Numbered from the stretch's first letter, positions 43,489-52,954 are shown. The stretch: 64,000 bases of DNA from an uncultured Dorea sp. (GCA_947388185.1 CANDQP010000001.1:17604-81603); one strand, 5' to 3'. Notes: generated by a model not told the origin, from the letters alone. Numbers and translations: made by a program.

Positions 43489-44225
43489 TTATTTCTGGTT
43501 TTAGTATACTGTGCCTTGTGTATTATGCGCTGCTGTGCATCCGTCTTCGGAAATGGGATTCTACATTCTCAAGATTCTGGCTGATATGCGGGTGTGCGGG
43601 TCTGATATTCCGGTATCTGTGCATGGACGGCTCCGGTATGCTGCCGGTGCTGCTCCTCATTCTGACCGGAATCTTCTTATTAACAGAGGTGAAGATCATC
43701 CGGGGGATGTTTCCGGACAGGAGATTGGCAGGACGGCAGGAGGATTACAGGTATCTGATCGTGTTGGGCGCACAGGTGGACGGGAAGCGGATCACGGATT
43801 CGCTGCGAAGAAGGCTTGACCGGGCTGTCGGGTATCTGAAGGAGCATCCGGGGACTTGCGCCATTGTATCCGGCGGTATGGGAAGAGGCGAGGAGGCTGC
43901 AGAGGCAGAGGTTATGGGAGAGTATCTTCTGAAGCATGGGATCGAAGAAGAGAGGATCTTAAGGGAGGACCGTTCGCGGACTACGAAGGAGAATCTGGAA
44001 TATTCCAAGGCTTACATAGAAGACTTGAGCATCCCGGTCGGGATCGTATCGAATAATTTTCATCTCTACCGTGCGGTCTGTTATGCGAAGAGGGAGGGGT
44101 ATCTTCGGCCCTGTCCGGTGGCGGCGGACTGTCATCCGCTGTTATTTTTGAATTATGTTGTCAGGGAGTTTTTTGCGGTGTGGAAGATGATATTACAGTT
44201 CACTCGTCAGTCATTCTCAAGATAA
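43473..44225 (+). CDS. YdcF/DUF218-family membrane-anchored protein
   Basis: N-terminal TMs are followed by YLIVLGAQV...[27 protein letters not shown]...[14 protein letters not shown], a DUF218 pattern. It overlaps the previous gene by 16 nt. Confidence 0.8.
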   Translation: MLWQIIISGFSILCLVYYALLCIRLRKWDSTFSRFWLICGCAGLIFRYLCMDGSGMLPVLLLILTGIFLLTEVKIIRGMFPDRRLAGRQEDYRYLIVLGAQVDGKRITDSLRRRLDRAVGYLKEHPGTCAIVSGGMGRGEEAAEAEVMGEYLLKHGIEEERILREDRSRTTKENLEYSKAYIEDLSIPVGIVSNNFHLYRAVCYAKREGYLRPCPVAADCHPLLFLNYVVREFFAVWKMILQFTRQSFSR

Positions 44226-44303
44226 GTTGTGCTTGCACAAGGGCTTATCTTGAGATTGACTGACGAATGGCGCGGGAGTGAATGTCCGAAGTAAAATTTC
44301 CGG

Positions 44304-44331
44304 TTGACAAAAGGATTTACAGTGTTATAAT
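44304..44331 (+). promoter_or_regulatory. sigma-70/SigA-type promoter of the T-box operon
   Basis: TTGACA (44304-44309), a 16-nt spacer, then TGT-TATAAT (extended -10, 44326-44331). Confidence 0.6.
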
Positions 44332-44339
44332 GTTTGATA

Positions 44340-44591
44340 TAAAATGTATGAACACGCTGACGAGACGAGTAGGCTGGGAAAGGAATCGCAGAGAGAGAAG
44401 CCGCAGGCTGCAAGCTTCTTATTCCGGAACCTTCTGAAAACTACCTCTGAGTGGCTGCAAAACAGCCCGGTGATTCCGTTATCATCATGAATGAAGCGGC
44501 TTTGGTATGGATGGATGATATACAGGGCAATCAGGGTGGAACCGCGAGAGTAACTCGCCCCTTACAGTAGATCTGTAAGGGGTATTTTTTT
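44340..44591 (+). promoter_or_regulatory. T-box riboswitch leader, threonine specifier
   Basis: It has an AGAGAGA stem-I element and a specifier region GAAAACUACCUCUGAG carrying adjacent Thr codons ACU and ACC (44440-44445). The T-box sequence AATCAGGGTGGAACCGCGAG lies at 44529-44548. The terminator CCCCTTACAG-tagat-CTGTAAGGGG (44558-44582) is followed, after a two-nucleotide spacer, by a T-run (44585-44591). thrS is downstream. Confidence 0.8.
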
Positions 44592-44675
44592 AGGTCTTGA
44601 GCAGCGCGCCGGACATGCATGTCTGCATGCATAGCTGGCAATGATAAGATTAATTTGGGAAAGAAGGGAAGGTAA

Positions 44676-45110
44676 ATGAGCGAATGGAAGCCTTATCAGC
44701 ATAAGGTACAGTATTACGAGACTGATCAGATGGGAATCGTTCATCATTCCAATTATATCCGCTGGTTTGAAGAAGCGCGGATGGACTATATGGAGAAGAT
44801 GGGCATGGGCTATGACCAGATGGAGGAGAAGGGCATCTTAAGCCCGGTGCTGTCTGTAGATGCGGAATATCTTCAGATGGTGCATTTCGGCGGGACGGTG
44901 ACCATAGAGGTATTTATCAGAGAGTATAACGGTATCAAGCTGACCGTGGGATACGAGGTGATCGATGACAAGACGCAGCGGACCTGCTGCAGGGGAACTA
45001 CGAAGCATTGCTTCCTTGACAGGGAAGGGAAGTTCCTGTCATTAAAGCAGGCTTGCATAGAAGGCCATCAGATGTTCACGAGGGGCCTGGAAGATCATAA
45101 GAGCGAATAG
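44676..45110 (+). CDS. acyl-CoA thioesterase, 4HBT/YbgC hot-dog family
   Basis: 144 aa with YYETDQMGIVHHSNYIRWFEEAR, a hot-dog thioesterase motif that includes the catalytic Asp region. Confidence 0.8.
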   Translation: MSEWKPYQHKVQYYETDQMGIVHHSNYIRWFEEARMDYMEKMGMGYDQMEEKGILSPVLSVDAEYLQMVHFGGTVTIEVFIREYNGIKLTVGYEVIDDKTQRTCCRGTTKHCFLDREGKFLSLKQACIEGHQMFTRGLEDHKSE

Positions 45111-45128
45111 AGAAGGAGAGGAAAACAT

Positions 45129-47054
45129 ATGAAGATCACATTAAAAGATGGTTCTGTGAAGGAATACGAGGGGAGCAGGTCGGTTCTTGACATTGCGAAG
45201 GATATCAGCGAGGGCCTTGCAAGGGTCGCAACGAGTGCGAAGGTGGACGGTGATATCGTAGACTTGAGGACACAGATCAATAAGGATTGTGAACTGGAAT
45301 TACTGACATTTGATTCCGAGGATGGAAAAGGAGCGTTCTGGCATACTACATCCCACATTATGGCGCAGGCAGTGAAGCGTCTGTACCCGGAGACGAAGCT
45401 TGCGATCGGGCCGTCCATCGATAATGGTTTCTACTATGATCTGGACAGGGAGACGCCGTTCGTGACGGAAGATCTGGAGAAGATCGAGGCAGAGATGAAG
45501 AAGATCGTCAAAGAGAATCTGGCGATCGAGAGATTTACGAAGTCAAGGGAAGAGGCTGTCGCATATTTTAAGGAAAATGATGAACCCTATAAGGTAGAGT
45601 TGGTCGAAGATCTTCCGGAGGGCGAGGAGATCAGCTTCTATCAGCAGGGAGAATTCGTAGATCTCTGTGCCGGACCGCATCTGATGTCTACGAAGAATGT
45701 CAAGGCGGTGAAGCTTCTGAGCCTTGCAGGCGCATATTGGCGCGGCAGCGAGAAGAACAAGATGCTGACCAGGATCTACGGGATCTCTTATCCGAAGAAA
45801 GCAGAGCTTGAGGAATATCTGCACAGGCTTGAGGAAGCGAAGAAGCGTGACCACAGGAAGCTTGGACGTGAACTGGGATTGTTCATGATGTGTGATGAGG
45901 GACCGGGATTCCCGTTCTTCCTTCCGAAGGGAATGGTACTTAAGAATACGTTGATGGAATACTGGAGAGAGCTGCATAAGAGGAACGGATATGTGGAGAT
46001 CGCAACACCGATCATCTTAAGCCGCCATCTGTGGGAGAACTCCGGACACTGGGATCATTACAAGGATAATATGTATACGACCGTCATTGACGAGGAGGAT
46101 TTCGCGGTGAAGCCGATGAACTGTCCGGGCGGAATGCTGGTCTACAAGTCAGAGCCTCGTTCTTATAAGGATCTGCCGCTCCGTGCGGGAGAGATCGGAC
46201 TGGTGCACAGGCATGAGAAGTCAGGAGCACTCCACGGTCTGTTCCGTGTCCGCTGTTTCAACCAGGATGATGCCCATATCTTCATGATGCCGGAGCAGAT
46301 CCGCGATGAGATCAAAGGTGTGGCAAGGCTCATCGATGAAGTATACAGCTTGTTTGGATTCAAGTATCATGTGGAACTTTCCACTCGTCCGGAGGACAGC
46401 ATGGGAAGCGACGAGGACTGGGAGATGGCGACCAGCGGTCTTAGGGGTGCGCTTGATGATCTGGGGCTTGACTATGTGATCAATGAAGGCGACGGCGCAT
46501 TCTATGGACCGAAGATCGATTTCCATCTGGAGGATTCTATCGGCAGAACATGGCAGTGCGGAACCATTCAGCTTGATATGCAGATGCCGCAGAGATTTGA
46601 TCTGGAATACACGGGAGCAGACGGGGAGAAGCATCGTCCGATCATGATCCACAGGGTTGCATTTGGCTCGATCGAACGGTTTATCGGCATCCTGATCGAG
46701 CACTTCGCAGGTGCGTTCCCGACCTGGCTTGCGCCGGTACAGGTCAAGGTGCTTCCGATCTCAGAGAAGCATCTGGATTATGGCAAGAAGGTACTGAAGG
46801 AATTAGAAGAGGCCGGAATCCGTGCCGAGATCGATGAGAGGGCGGAGAAGATCGGCTATAAGATCAGAGAGGCCCAGATGAATAAGATTCCATATATGCT
46901 GGTTGTCGGGGCGAAGGAAGAGGAACAGAACTTAGTCGCGGTTCGAAGCCGTTTTGCAGGCGACGAAGGGCAGAAGGGTATCGGAGACTTTATTGCTGCC
47001 GTGAAGGAAGAGATCGCCGGGAAGATCCAGCGTGAAGTGGTGAAGGAAGACTAA
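45129..47054 (+). CDS. thrS: threonine--tRNA ligase
   Basis: 641 aa with an N-terminal TGS domain, an editing domain (HTTSHIMAQA) and class II core motifs (FRVRCFNQDDAHIF; GTIQLDMQMPQRF; HRVAFGSIERF). Confidence 0.95.
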   Translation: MKITLKDGSVKEYEGSRSVLDIAKDISEGLARVATSAKVDGDIVDLRTQINKDCELELLTFDSEDGKGAFWHTTSHIMAQAVKRLYPETKLAIGPSIDNGFYYDLDRETPFVTEDLEKIEAEMKKIVKENLAIERFTKSREEAVAYFKENDEPYKVELVEDLPEGEEISFYQQGEFVDLCAGPHLMSTKNVKAVKLLSLAGAYWRGSEKNKMLTRIYGISYPKKAELEEYLHRLEEAKKRDHRKLGRELGLFMMCDEGPGFPFFLPKGMVLKNTLMEYWRELHKRNGYVEIATPIILSRHLWENSGHWDHYKDNMYTTVIDEEDFAVKPMNCPGGMLVYKSEPRSYKDLPLRAGEIGLVHRHEKSGALHGLFRVRCFNQDDAHIFMMPEQIRDEIKGVARLIDEVYSLFGFKYHVELSTRPEDSMGSDEDWEMATSGLRGALDDLGLDYVINEGDGAFYGPKIDFHLEDSIGRTWQCGTIQLDMQMPQRFDLEYTGADGEKHRPIMIHRVAFGSIERFIGILIEHFAGAFPTWLAPVQVKVLPISEKHLDYGKKVLKELEEAGIRAEIDERAEKIGYKIREAQMNKIPYMLVVGAKEEEQNLVAVRSRFAGDEGQKGIGDFIAAVKEEIAGKIQREVVKED

Positions 47055-47132
47055 TTTGCCGTAATACAGATTAAAACGGTAAGAAACGGGGCATAATAAT
47101 TCTTGATATTTTCAATATTAGGAGGTAAGATT

Positions 47133-47453
47133 ATGCCAGATTTAAGATGTACGGTACAGACATGCACCCACAACAAGAATTTCTACTGTGACCTTGACGG
47201 GATCGTGGTAGGCGGCAATTCTGCAAAGCGTGCGGAGGAGACTTGCTGTGACAGCTTCGAGGAAAGAAAAGGAGATTCTTACAGCAATGTAACGGGAGAG
47301 GCCTCTCCTACAAGCAAGATCGACTGCAAAGCTACGGATTGTATGTACAATGACGAATGTAAATGTCATGCAGGAAAGATCAGTGTAGAGGGCGGCGATG
47401 CCTGCCACTGTGAGCAGACAGAATGTGCGACTTTCAAGTGCGGCTGTCAATAG
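47133..47453 (+). CDS. DUF1540-family cysteine-rich protein (two repeats)
   Basis: ATG 47133 follows a TAGGAGG RBS. It has C-x-V-x-x-C-x-H-N-type repeats (CTVQTCTHNKNFYC; CKATDCMYNDECKCHAGKI). Confidence 0.8.
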   Translation: MPDLRCTVQTCTHNKNFYCDLDGIVVGGNSAKRAEETCCDSFEERKGDSYSNVTGEASPTSKIDCKATDCMYNDECKCHAGKISVEGGDACHCEQTECATFKCGCQ

Positions 47454-47464
47454 TGAAGAGAGAG

Positions 47465-47501
47465 TTATATGCCCGGGAGTGATTCGTTCCCGGGCATATA
47501 A
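47465..47501. terminator. perfect 14-bp-stem hairpin between convergent genes
   Basis: TTATATGCCCGGGA-gtgattcgt-TCCCGGGCATATAA. Confidence 0.5.
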
Positions 47502-47521
47502 CTTCTTGGCTGCAAGCTGCA

Positions 47522-48088
47522 CTATGAATGAACAGAGCGTCTGAAGATAACCCATGTGCTGATAAAATAGCAGAGCAGCAAAATCACCAAAACAATCACA
47601 ACAGAAGCTACTATGATTGCTGCGATGAAGCGGTATTTATATGGTCCTGCATCTAAAAGCTGCTGTAAAGAAAGCACTGTAAGGCAAATTACCATCAGCA
47701 CAACAGCACCGTAAATCATTGACGTCTGCATAATAAAGTTACCTGTTATCGTACTGTTTATTTGCAGCGTGCTGAAACGTATACTATACTCATTTCCGTT
47801 TTCCGTTTGTTCCGGATACTCTGCCGTAGAGAGGCTTTCCAGTTCGAGAGCATTTTTATAAGAAATTTTTTCTGTCGTTGTGATATAGCGGTTTCGCATA
47901 ACCGGAAGCAGTTGTGTACAGATATTGTCTGGCATTACATAACAAATATCTGTTGCAACACTGGTATGAACTGCAATAAAACTATTTCTTTCTTCTTCCG
48001 ATGCTATTGTATTCCACTGTGAAAAGTATGAGAAAAACGCCGGACCCCTTGAAAATACTGGATTAAAACGGCGTCCCCACCATATCAT
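47522..48088 (-). CDS. hypothetical membrane protein, possibly a remnant of an FtsX/BceB-type ABC permease
   Basis: 188 aa, AT-rich (about 40% GC in a hand-counted line). It has two C-terminal TM helices separated by LSLQQLLDAGPYKYRF, which resembles the FtsX-family loop. It overlaps the metA 3' end by 26 nt. I see no convincing RBS. Confidence 0.4.
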   Translation of the reverse strand: MIWWGRRFNPVFSRGPAFFSYFSQWNTIASEEERNSFIAVHTSVATDICYVMPDNICTQLLPVMRNRYITTTEKISYKNALELESLSTAEYPEQTENGNEYSIRFSTLQINSTITGNFIMQTSMIYGAVVLMVICLTVLSLQQLLDAGPYKYRFIAAIIVASVVIVLVILLLCYFISTWVIFRRSVHS

Positions 48089-48983
48089 ACGGCGTCACCT
48101 GGTACACATAATAATTCAGCCAATTCGTATACAGATTATTCGCCGTAGCCCTCCAGGTGAGCAGCGGTTTGTTCTCCGGGTTATCACCGATATAGTAATT
48201 CTTCGGCAGCTCTATAGGCAGTCCCTTTGACAGATCCCGCTTATACTCACCGTCCAATGTCACCCGGTCATACTCAGGGTGTCCCATAACGAAGATCTGT
48301 CTGCCGTCTTCTGCCATAGCAAGGAAGAGTCCCGCTTCATCGGATTCGGCAAGTACCATCAGCTTCTTCTCTGCACGGATACGATCCATCGGAACTTCTG
48401 TATGCCGGGAATGGGGAGCCAGGAATACGTCGTCAAACCCGCGGACAAGAGGGATCTTGCGGTTCATTACCTTATGCCAGAATACGCCGAATACCTTCTG
48501 ATCTACCGGAACCTTATCGATCCCGTAATGATAGTAGATTCCTGCCTGGGCACCCCAGCACAGATGCAGGGTGGAAGTTACATGGGTCTTGCTCCACTCC
48601 ATGATCTCCTTCAATTCTTCCCAGTAATCAACTTCTTCAAAAGGCATCTGCTCTACCGGAGCCCCGGTGATGATGAATCCGTCGAATCGCTCCTTCCTGA
48701 TCTCGCTGAACTTCTGGTAAAACTGATTCAGATGGCTGGTAGGTGTGTTCTTCGATTCGTGGGTAGACACTGTCACGAAAGACACGTCTACCTGCAGAGG
48801 CGTATTCGACAGCGACCTTAAGATCTGAAGCTCCGTGTCCTCTTTGAGCGGCATCAGGTTAAGAAGGCCGATCTTGATGGGACGGATATCCTGATGAGTC
48901 GCCCGGTGTTCATCCATAACAAATATATTCTCCTGTTCCAGTATCTCTTTTACCGGAAGATTATTCTGAACTCTGATTGGCAT
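48063..48983 (-). CDS. metA: homoserine O-acyltransferase (MetA family)
   Basis: 306 aa. The N-terminus is MPIRVQNNLPVKEILEQENIFVM, and IKIGLLNLMP and CWGAQAG (active-site Cys region) are present. Confidence 0.9.
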   Translation of the reverse strand: MPIRVQNNLPVKEILEQENIFVMDEHRATHQDIRPIKIGLLNLMPLKEDTELQILRSLSNTPLQVDVSFVTVSTHESKNTPTSHLNQFYQKFSEIRKERFDGFIITGAPVEQMPFEEVDYWEELKEIMEWSKTHVTSTLHLCWGAQAGIYYHYGIDKVPVDQKVFGVFWHKVMNRKIPLVRGFDDVFLAPHSRHTEVPMDRIRAEKKLMVLAESDEAGLFLAMAEDGRQIFVMGHPEYDRVTLDGEYKRDLSKGLPIELPKNYYIGDNPENKPLLTWRATANNLYTNWLNYYVYQVTPYDMVGTPF

Positions 48984-49003
48984 AATAGATAGTTTCCTTT
49001 CTC

Positions 49004-50341
49004 TTATTCGTCTGATTCATGCGAATGATAGTACACGCCTTCATCATTCACATAACTCATCGTATCATAGTATTCGGAAGGCGCCGGCAGCTTCTTGCGC
49101 TCCAGACGGTTGTTGATCACCATCTGGACAATATAATACAGTACCGCAAATGTCGGAACTCCCATGACCATTCCTGCGAATCCGAACAGCCCTCCTCCAA
49201 GGAGGATCGCGACGATAACCCAGAAAGCCGACAGCCCCGTGGAGTTCCCCAGGATCTTTGGCCCAAGTATATTACCGTCAAACTGCTGCAGAAGCAGCAC
49301 AAATATAACAAAATACACGCCCTGGATCGGATTCGCCAGCATGATGAGTATCGTGCTTGGAACCGCTCCGATATATGGTCCGAAGAACGGAATGACGTTG
49401 GTAACGCCTACGATCACACTGACCAGCATAACATAAGGCATCTTCAGCAGCGTCAGTCCAACGAAGCACAGAACCCCGATAATAGCGGAATCAATGATCT
49501 TGCCGATAATAAATCCGCCGAAGATCTCGTTGCTCTTCGTTGTCAGGTGAAGCACCATGTTCGCGTGTCTTGCAGATAACAGTGCATAGACACATTTCTT
49601 TGACTGGCGTACGAAGGTCTCTTTGCTGAACAGGATATAGACGGACACGATCAGCCCGATGACCGCGTTGAACAATTCGCTTAAGATATTCAGCACGCCG
49701 ACGGTCAGATTGGACATCAGTTCATTCGCCTGTGTCATAAGGTCTGTCCGAAGCCAGTCAAGCAGCATGTCTGTTCCTTCCTTCATGCCGGTCTTGATCA
49801 ATGTACTGGTGGTCGAGTCGTCTAATTGTACCTCGCTCAATTCGGAAACCAGGTCATTCAACTGTTTAGGCAGCGTCATCACCAGATTGCGGATACTGGA
49901 ATACAGTTCCGGAATCAGGAGATTGCACAAAGTGACGATCAATACGATCAATAAGACGATCGCTGCTAAGATCCCAATACCGCGAGAGACACTCTCCGCT
50001 TGTCCCGGCTTCTTAAGCTTCTGCTTTAGAACAGGGACCAGATACTTGTCCACCTGCTTCACAATCGGATTCAGCAGATATGCGACTACACAGCCGTAGA
50101 CAACCGGTTTCAACACTCCGAAAACCTTCTGAAATACTTCTGACAGGTTCGTAAGGCGCAGCAATGCGAAATAAAACAGAAGGCTGGCCGCAATCACCAG
50201 GAAATAGGTCATACCTCTGCTGAATTGCTGCCGAAGCTTTGAGGGACCGCCTTTCCCAAGCTTAGGCTGATTAAAATAATGTTCCTTATCCGGCTCCTTT
50301 ATCTCGTCTGGATTCTCCAGCGTGGGTTCTTCTCTACTCAT
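49004..50341 (-). CDS. AI-2E family transporter (PerM/YhhT, UPF0118)
   Basis: It is polytopic with VGVTNVIPFFGPYIGAVP, a family signature. ATG 50341 is preferred over track TTG 50350. Confidence 0.85.
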   Translation of the reverse strand: MSREEPTLENPDEIKEPDKEHYFNQPKLGKGGPSKLRQQFSRGMTYFLVIAASLLFYFALLRLTNLSEVFQKVFGVLKPVVYGCVVAYLLNPIVKQVDKYLVPVLKQKLKKPGQAESVSRGIGILAAIVLLIVLIVTLCNLLIPELYSSIRNLVMTLPKQLNDLVSELSEVQLDDSTTSTLIKTGMKEGTDMLLDWLRTDLMTQANELMSNLTVGVLNILSELFNAVIGLIVSVYILFSKETFVRQSKKCVYALLSARHANMVLHLTTKSNEIFGGFIIGKIIDSAIIGVLCFVGLTLLKMPYVMLVSVIVGVTNVIPFFGPYIGAVPSTILIMLANPIQGVYFVIFVLLLQQFDGNILGPKILGNSTGLSAFWVIVAILLGGGLFGFAGMVMGVPTFAVLYYIVQMVINNRLERKKLPAPSEYYDTMSYVNDEGVYYHSHESDE

Positions 50342-50374
50342 TGTATCCAACCTTTCTTTAACACAGATATAATT

Positions 50375-50403
50375 ATTATACTATCTGGATAAACAAGCGT
50401 CAA
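50375..50403 (-). promoter_or_regulatory. candidate promoter of the AI-2E/metA operon
   Basis: On the minus strand: TTGACG, a 17-nt spacer, then TATAAT. Confidence 0.5.
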
Positions 50404-50438
50404 TCTGAGTTTGAAAGAGTTTTGATGAAACAAAGGCT

Positions 50439-50467
50439 TTGACACGTTTTAGATTGATTGTTATAAT
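50439..50467 (+). promoter_or_regulatory. consensus sigma-70-type promoter
   Basis: TTGACA (50439-50444), a 17-nt spacer, then TATAAT (50462-50467). Confidence 0.55.
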
Positions 50468-50520
50468 TAAGGCAGATGCTCGAAACAATCTTTCTTTTTA
50501 GAAAGCAGGTGATTAATTAT

Positions 50521-50673
50521 ATGACAGATAAGCAATTGCGGTATATTAACAGAATAACCGTTTTTGTAAGGAAACTGTTAAAGATGGTTCCCCAGGACAA
50601 AAGAGACGAGCTTGAAAATGAATTTGATTGTATTCTTTTAGAAGTTACAGAGCCAAGTGAAAAAAACGATTAG
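50521..50673 (+). CDS. candidate small protein (50 aa; alternatively 65 aa from a near-leaderless ATG 50476)
   Basis: It reads MTDKQLRYINRITVFVRKLLKMVPQDKRDELENEFDCILLEVTEPSEKND. An AGGTGA RBS lies 8 nt upstream. It has its own consensus promoter and a terminator hairpin, GTGTAAAG...CTTTACAC-TTTT (50682-50721). Confidence 0.35.
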   Translation: MTDKQLRYINRITVFVRKLLKMVPQDKRDELENEFDCILLEVTEPSEKND

Positions 50674-50857
50674 TCAAAAAGGTGTAAAGTCTTTATCCGG
50701 TTGTAGGGGCTTTACACTTTTCTATTTTGCTTTTATAATGACCCCAAATATATTGACAATATCTATGGAGACAGAGTATATTTATAAATAAAGTTTTATT
50801 CATAGAAGAAACTGATCAGACAGACTGTCTGGAAAGAGAGACTAGGGAGGAAAAACA

Positions 50858-51775
50858 ATGGTTCGATATTTTGCAAAGCGGTTAGGGCTGATGCTGATAG
50901 CACTGTTCCTGATCATCCTTGTGACTTTCGTGATCATGCACGCTGTACCGGGAGGTCCGTTCACCAGTGACCGGAACTTAAGCGAGGAGGTAGAGGCGGC
51001 GCTGAATGCGAAATATCATCTGGATGACCCGCTCCCCAAACAATTTTTTGACTATCTGAAGGGACTTCTTCATGGAGATTTCGGCCCCTCTTACAAATTC
51101 ACCGGGAAAACGGTCAATGATTTTATTGCTAATGGGTTCCCGGTATCAGGGAAGCTTGGAGGGATTACGATCATCTTCGTAGTTCTGGCTTCGATCCCCA
51201 TGGGGATACTTGCTGCCGTGAAGAACGGCAAATGGCAGGATATGGTGGTCATGGCGGTTGCTACCATAGGGGTGACGATTCCGTCCTTTGTAATCGCGTC
51301 CATGCTGATCTACATATTCTCGTTCCGCATGGGAGCGCTGCCAAGCTTTGGCCTGGATTCCTGGAAGGGCTACATACTGCCGGTCATCACACTTGGAGGT
51401 TATTCGGTCAGCTATCTGGCAAGGCAGATGCGGTCAAGCCTTCTGGAGGTCATGGGGCAGGATTATATACGGACGGCAAGGGCGAAGGGACTTGCGGAGC
51501 CTAAGGTGATCTTCAAGCATGCACTGCGCAATGCTCTGATCCCGGTTATCACAGTTCTTGGGCCTACGGTTGCCAATCTGCTGACGGGAAGCTTCGTTGT
51601 GGAGAAGATATTCGCAGTACCGGGGCTTGGCGTTCATTTTGTCAACAGTGTTTCGATGAGAGATTATACTACGATCATGGGTGTGACGGTCTTCTATGCG
51701 ACCTTCCTTCTCGCCATGGTATTCATCGTGGATGTCTTTTACTGCCTGATTGACCCTAGAATTAAGTATGACTAA
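50858..51775 (+). CDS. oppB: oligopeptide ABC transporter permease
   Basis: 305 aa, 6 TM, with the binding-protein-dependent transport motif RTARAKGLAEPKVIFKHALRNALIP. Confidence 0.9.
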   Translation: MVRYFAKRLGLMLIALFLIILVTFVIMHAVPGGPFTSDRNLSEEVEAALNAKYHLDDPLPKQFFDYLKGLLHGDFGPSYKFTGKTVNDFIANGFPVSGKLGGITIIFVVLASIPMGILAAVKNGKWQDMVVMAVATIGVTIPSFVIASMLIYIFSFRMGALPSFGLDSWKGYILPVITLGGYSVSYLARQMRSSLLEVMGQDYIRTARAKGLAEPKVIFKHALRNALIPVITVLGPTVANLLTGSFVVEKIFAVPGLGVHFVNSVSMRDYTTIMGVTVFYATFLLAMVFIVDVFYCLIDPRIKYD

Positions 51776-51794
51776 GGACTGGAGGACGGATACG

Positions 51795-52946
51795 ATGGAG
51801 AATAGATGGGAAATGCTTGAGTCCTCCAACGAGGACCGGGAAAAATTATGGAAGAAGAACCGGACGTTCGCAGGTGATGTGTGGTTCCGGTTTCGGCATA
51901 AGCCAACGGCGATCGCGGGATTTGTGATCATTGTGCTGCTATTGTTGTTTGCGCTTGCGGGACCGTATTTTACGAAATACAGTTATTCGGCGCAGAATCT
52001 TGAACTGGTGAACATTCCGCCGCGGATGAAGGTATATGAAGCGCCGGACGGAACGGGTTATATGTATATCACCCAGTCGCTTAAGGTGGTGTGGGTGAAC
52101 AAGGACGGTACGCTCGGCGGCCAGCTTAAGAAGGTGCGGGAGGAATCAGAATCTTCCATGACGATCTTCGACTGCAACGGCACGGAGGTTGCGCTGTATT
52201 ACGGTGTGAAGCCGTATATGATGGCGGATCCGGAGACGAGAGTGCTGTATCCTACAAGACATGTGTTCAATAAGTCTTATACGCTGGGAACGGACAGCCT
52301 GGGAAGAGATATCTTAACAAGACTGATGTACGGGACGCGGGTATCGCTGATGGTGGCATTTGTGGCGGTGCTTGTGAATCTGGTGATCGGTATTATCTTC
52401 GGAGGAATCTCCGGTTATGCGGGCGGCACGGTGGACACCATTATGATGCGTATCGTGGATATCATCAGTACGATACCGTTGACGCTCTATGTCATCCTGA
52501 TCATGGTCGTGCTTGGGACAGGCCTTAAGAGTATTATCGTGGCGCTAGGTACGGTGTACTGGGTAGATATGGCAAGGGTCGTAAGAGGGCAGGTCTTAAG
52601 CTTAAGAGAGCAGGAGTTCGTATTGGCTGCGAAGACCATAGGTTCTTCCACCAAGTCGATTCTGGTGCAGCATCTGATCCCCAATGCTATGGGCTCGATC
52701 CTGGTAACGGTTACGATGCTGATCCCTTCGGCGATCTTCATGGAAGCGTTCCTTGGTTTCCTGGGAATTGGGCTTCAGCCGCCGCTGGCAAGTCTTGGTA
52801 CGATGTGTAACGATGCGACAGAGAATCTTCGTTCCTGCCCGTATCAGCTCTTTATCCCGGCGCTCGTGATCTGTCTGATCATGTTTGCGTTTAATTTCGT
52901 GGGAGACGGACTGAGGGATGCGCTGGATCCGAAGCTTAAGAAGTAG
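51795..52946 (+). CDS. oppC: oligopeptide ABC transporter permease
   Basis: ATG 51795 follows a GGAGGA RBS. It has an OppC-type N-terminal TM plus an extended loop, then LAAKTIGSSTKSILVQHLIPNA. Confidence 0.9.
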   Translation: MENRWEMLESSNEDREKLWKKNRTFAGDVWFRFRHKPTAIAGFVIIVLLLLFALAGPYFTKYSYSAQNLELVNIPPRMKVYEAPDGTGYMYITQSLKVVWVNKDGTLGGQLKKVREESESSMTIFDCNGTEVALYYGVKPYMMADPETRVLYPTRHVFNKSYTLGTDSLGRDILTRLMYGTRVSLMVAFVAVLVNLVIGIIFGGISGYAGGTVDTIMMRIVDIISTIPLTLYVILIMVVLGTGLKSIIVALGTVYWVDMARVVRGQVLSLREQEFVLAAKTIGSSTKSILVQHLIPNAMGSILVTVTMLIPSAIFMEAFLGFLGIGLQPPLASLGTMCNDATENLRSCPYQLFIPALVICLIMFAFNFVGDGLRDALDPKLKK

Positions 52947-52954
52947 GAGGGCCA

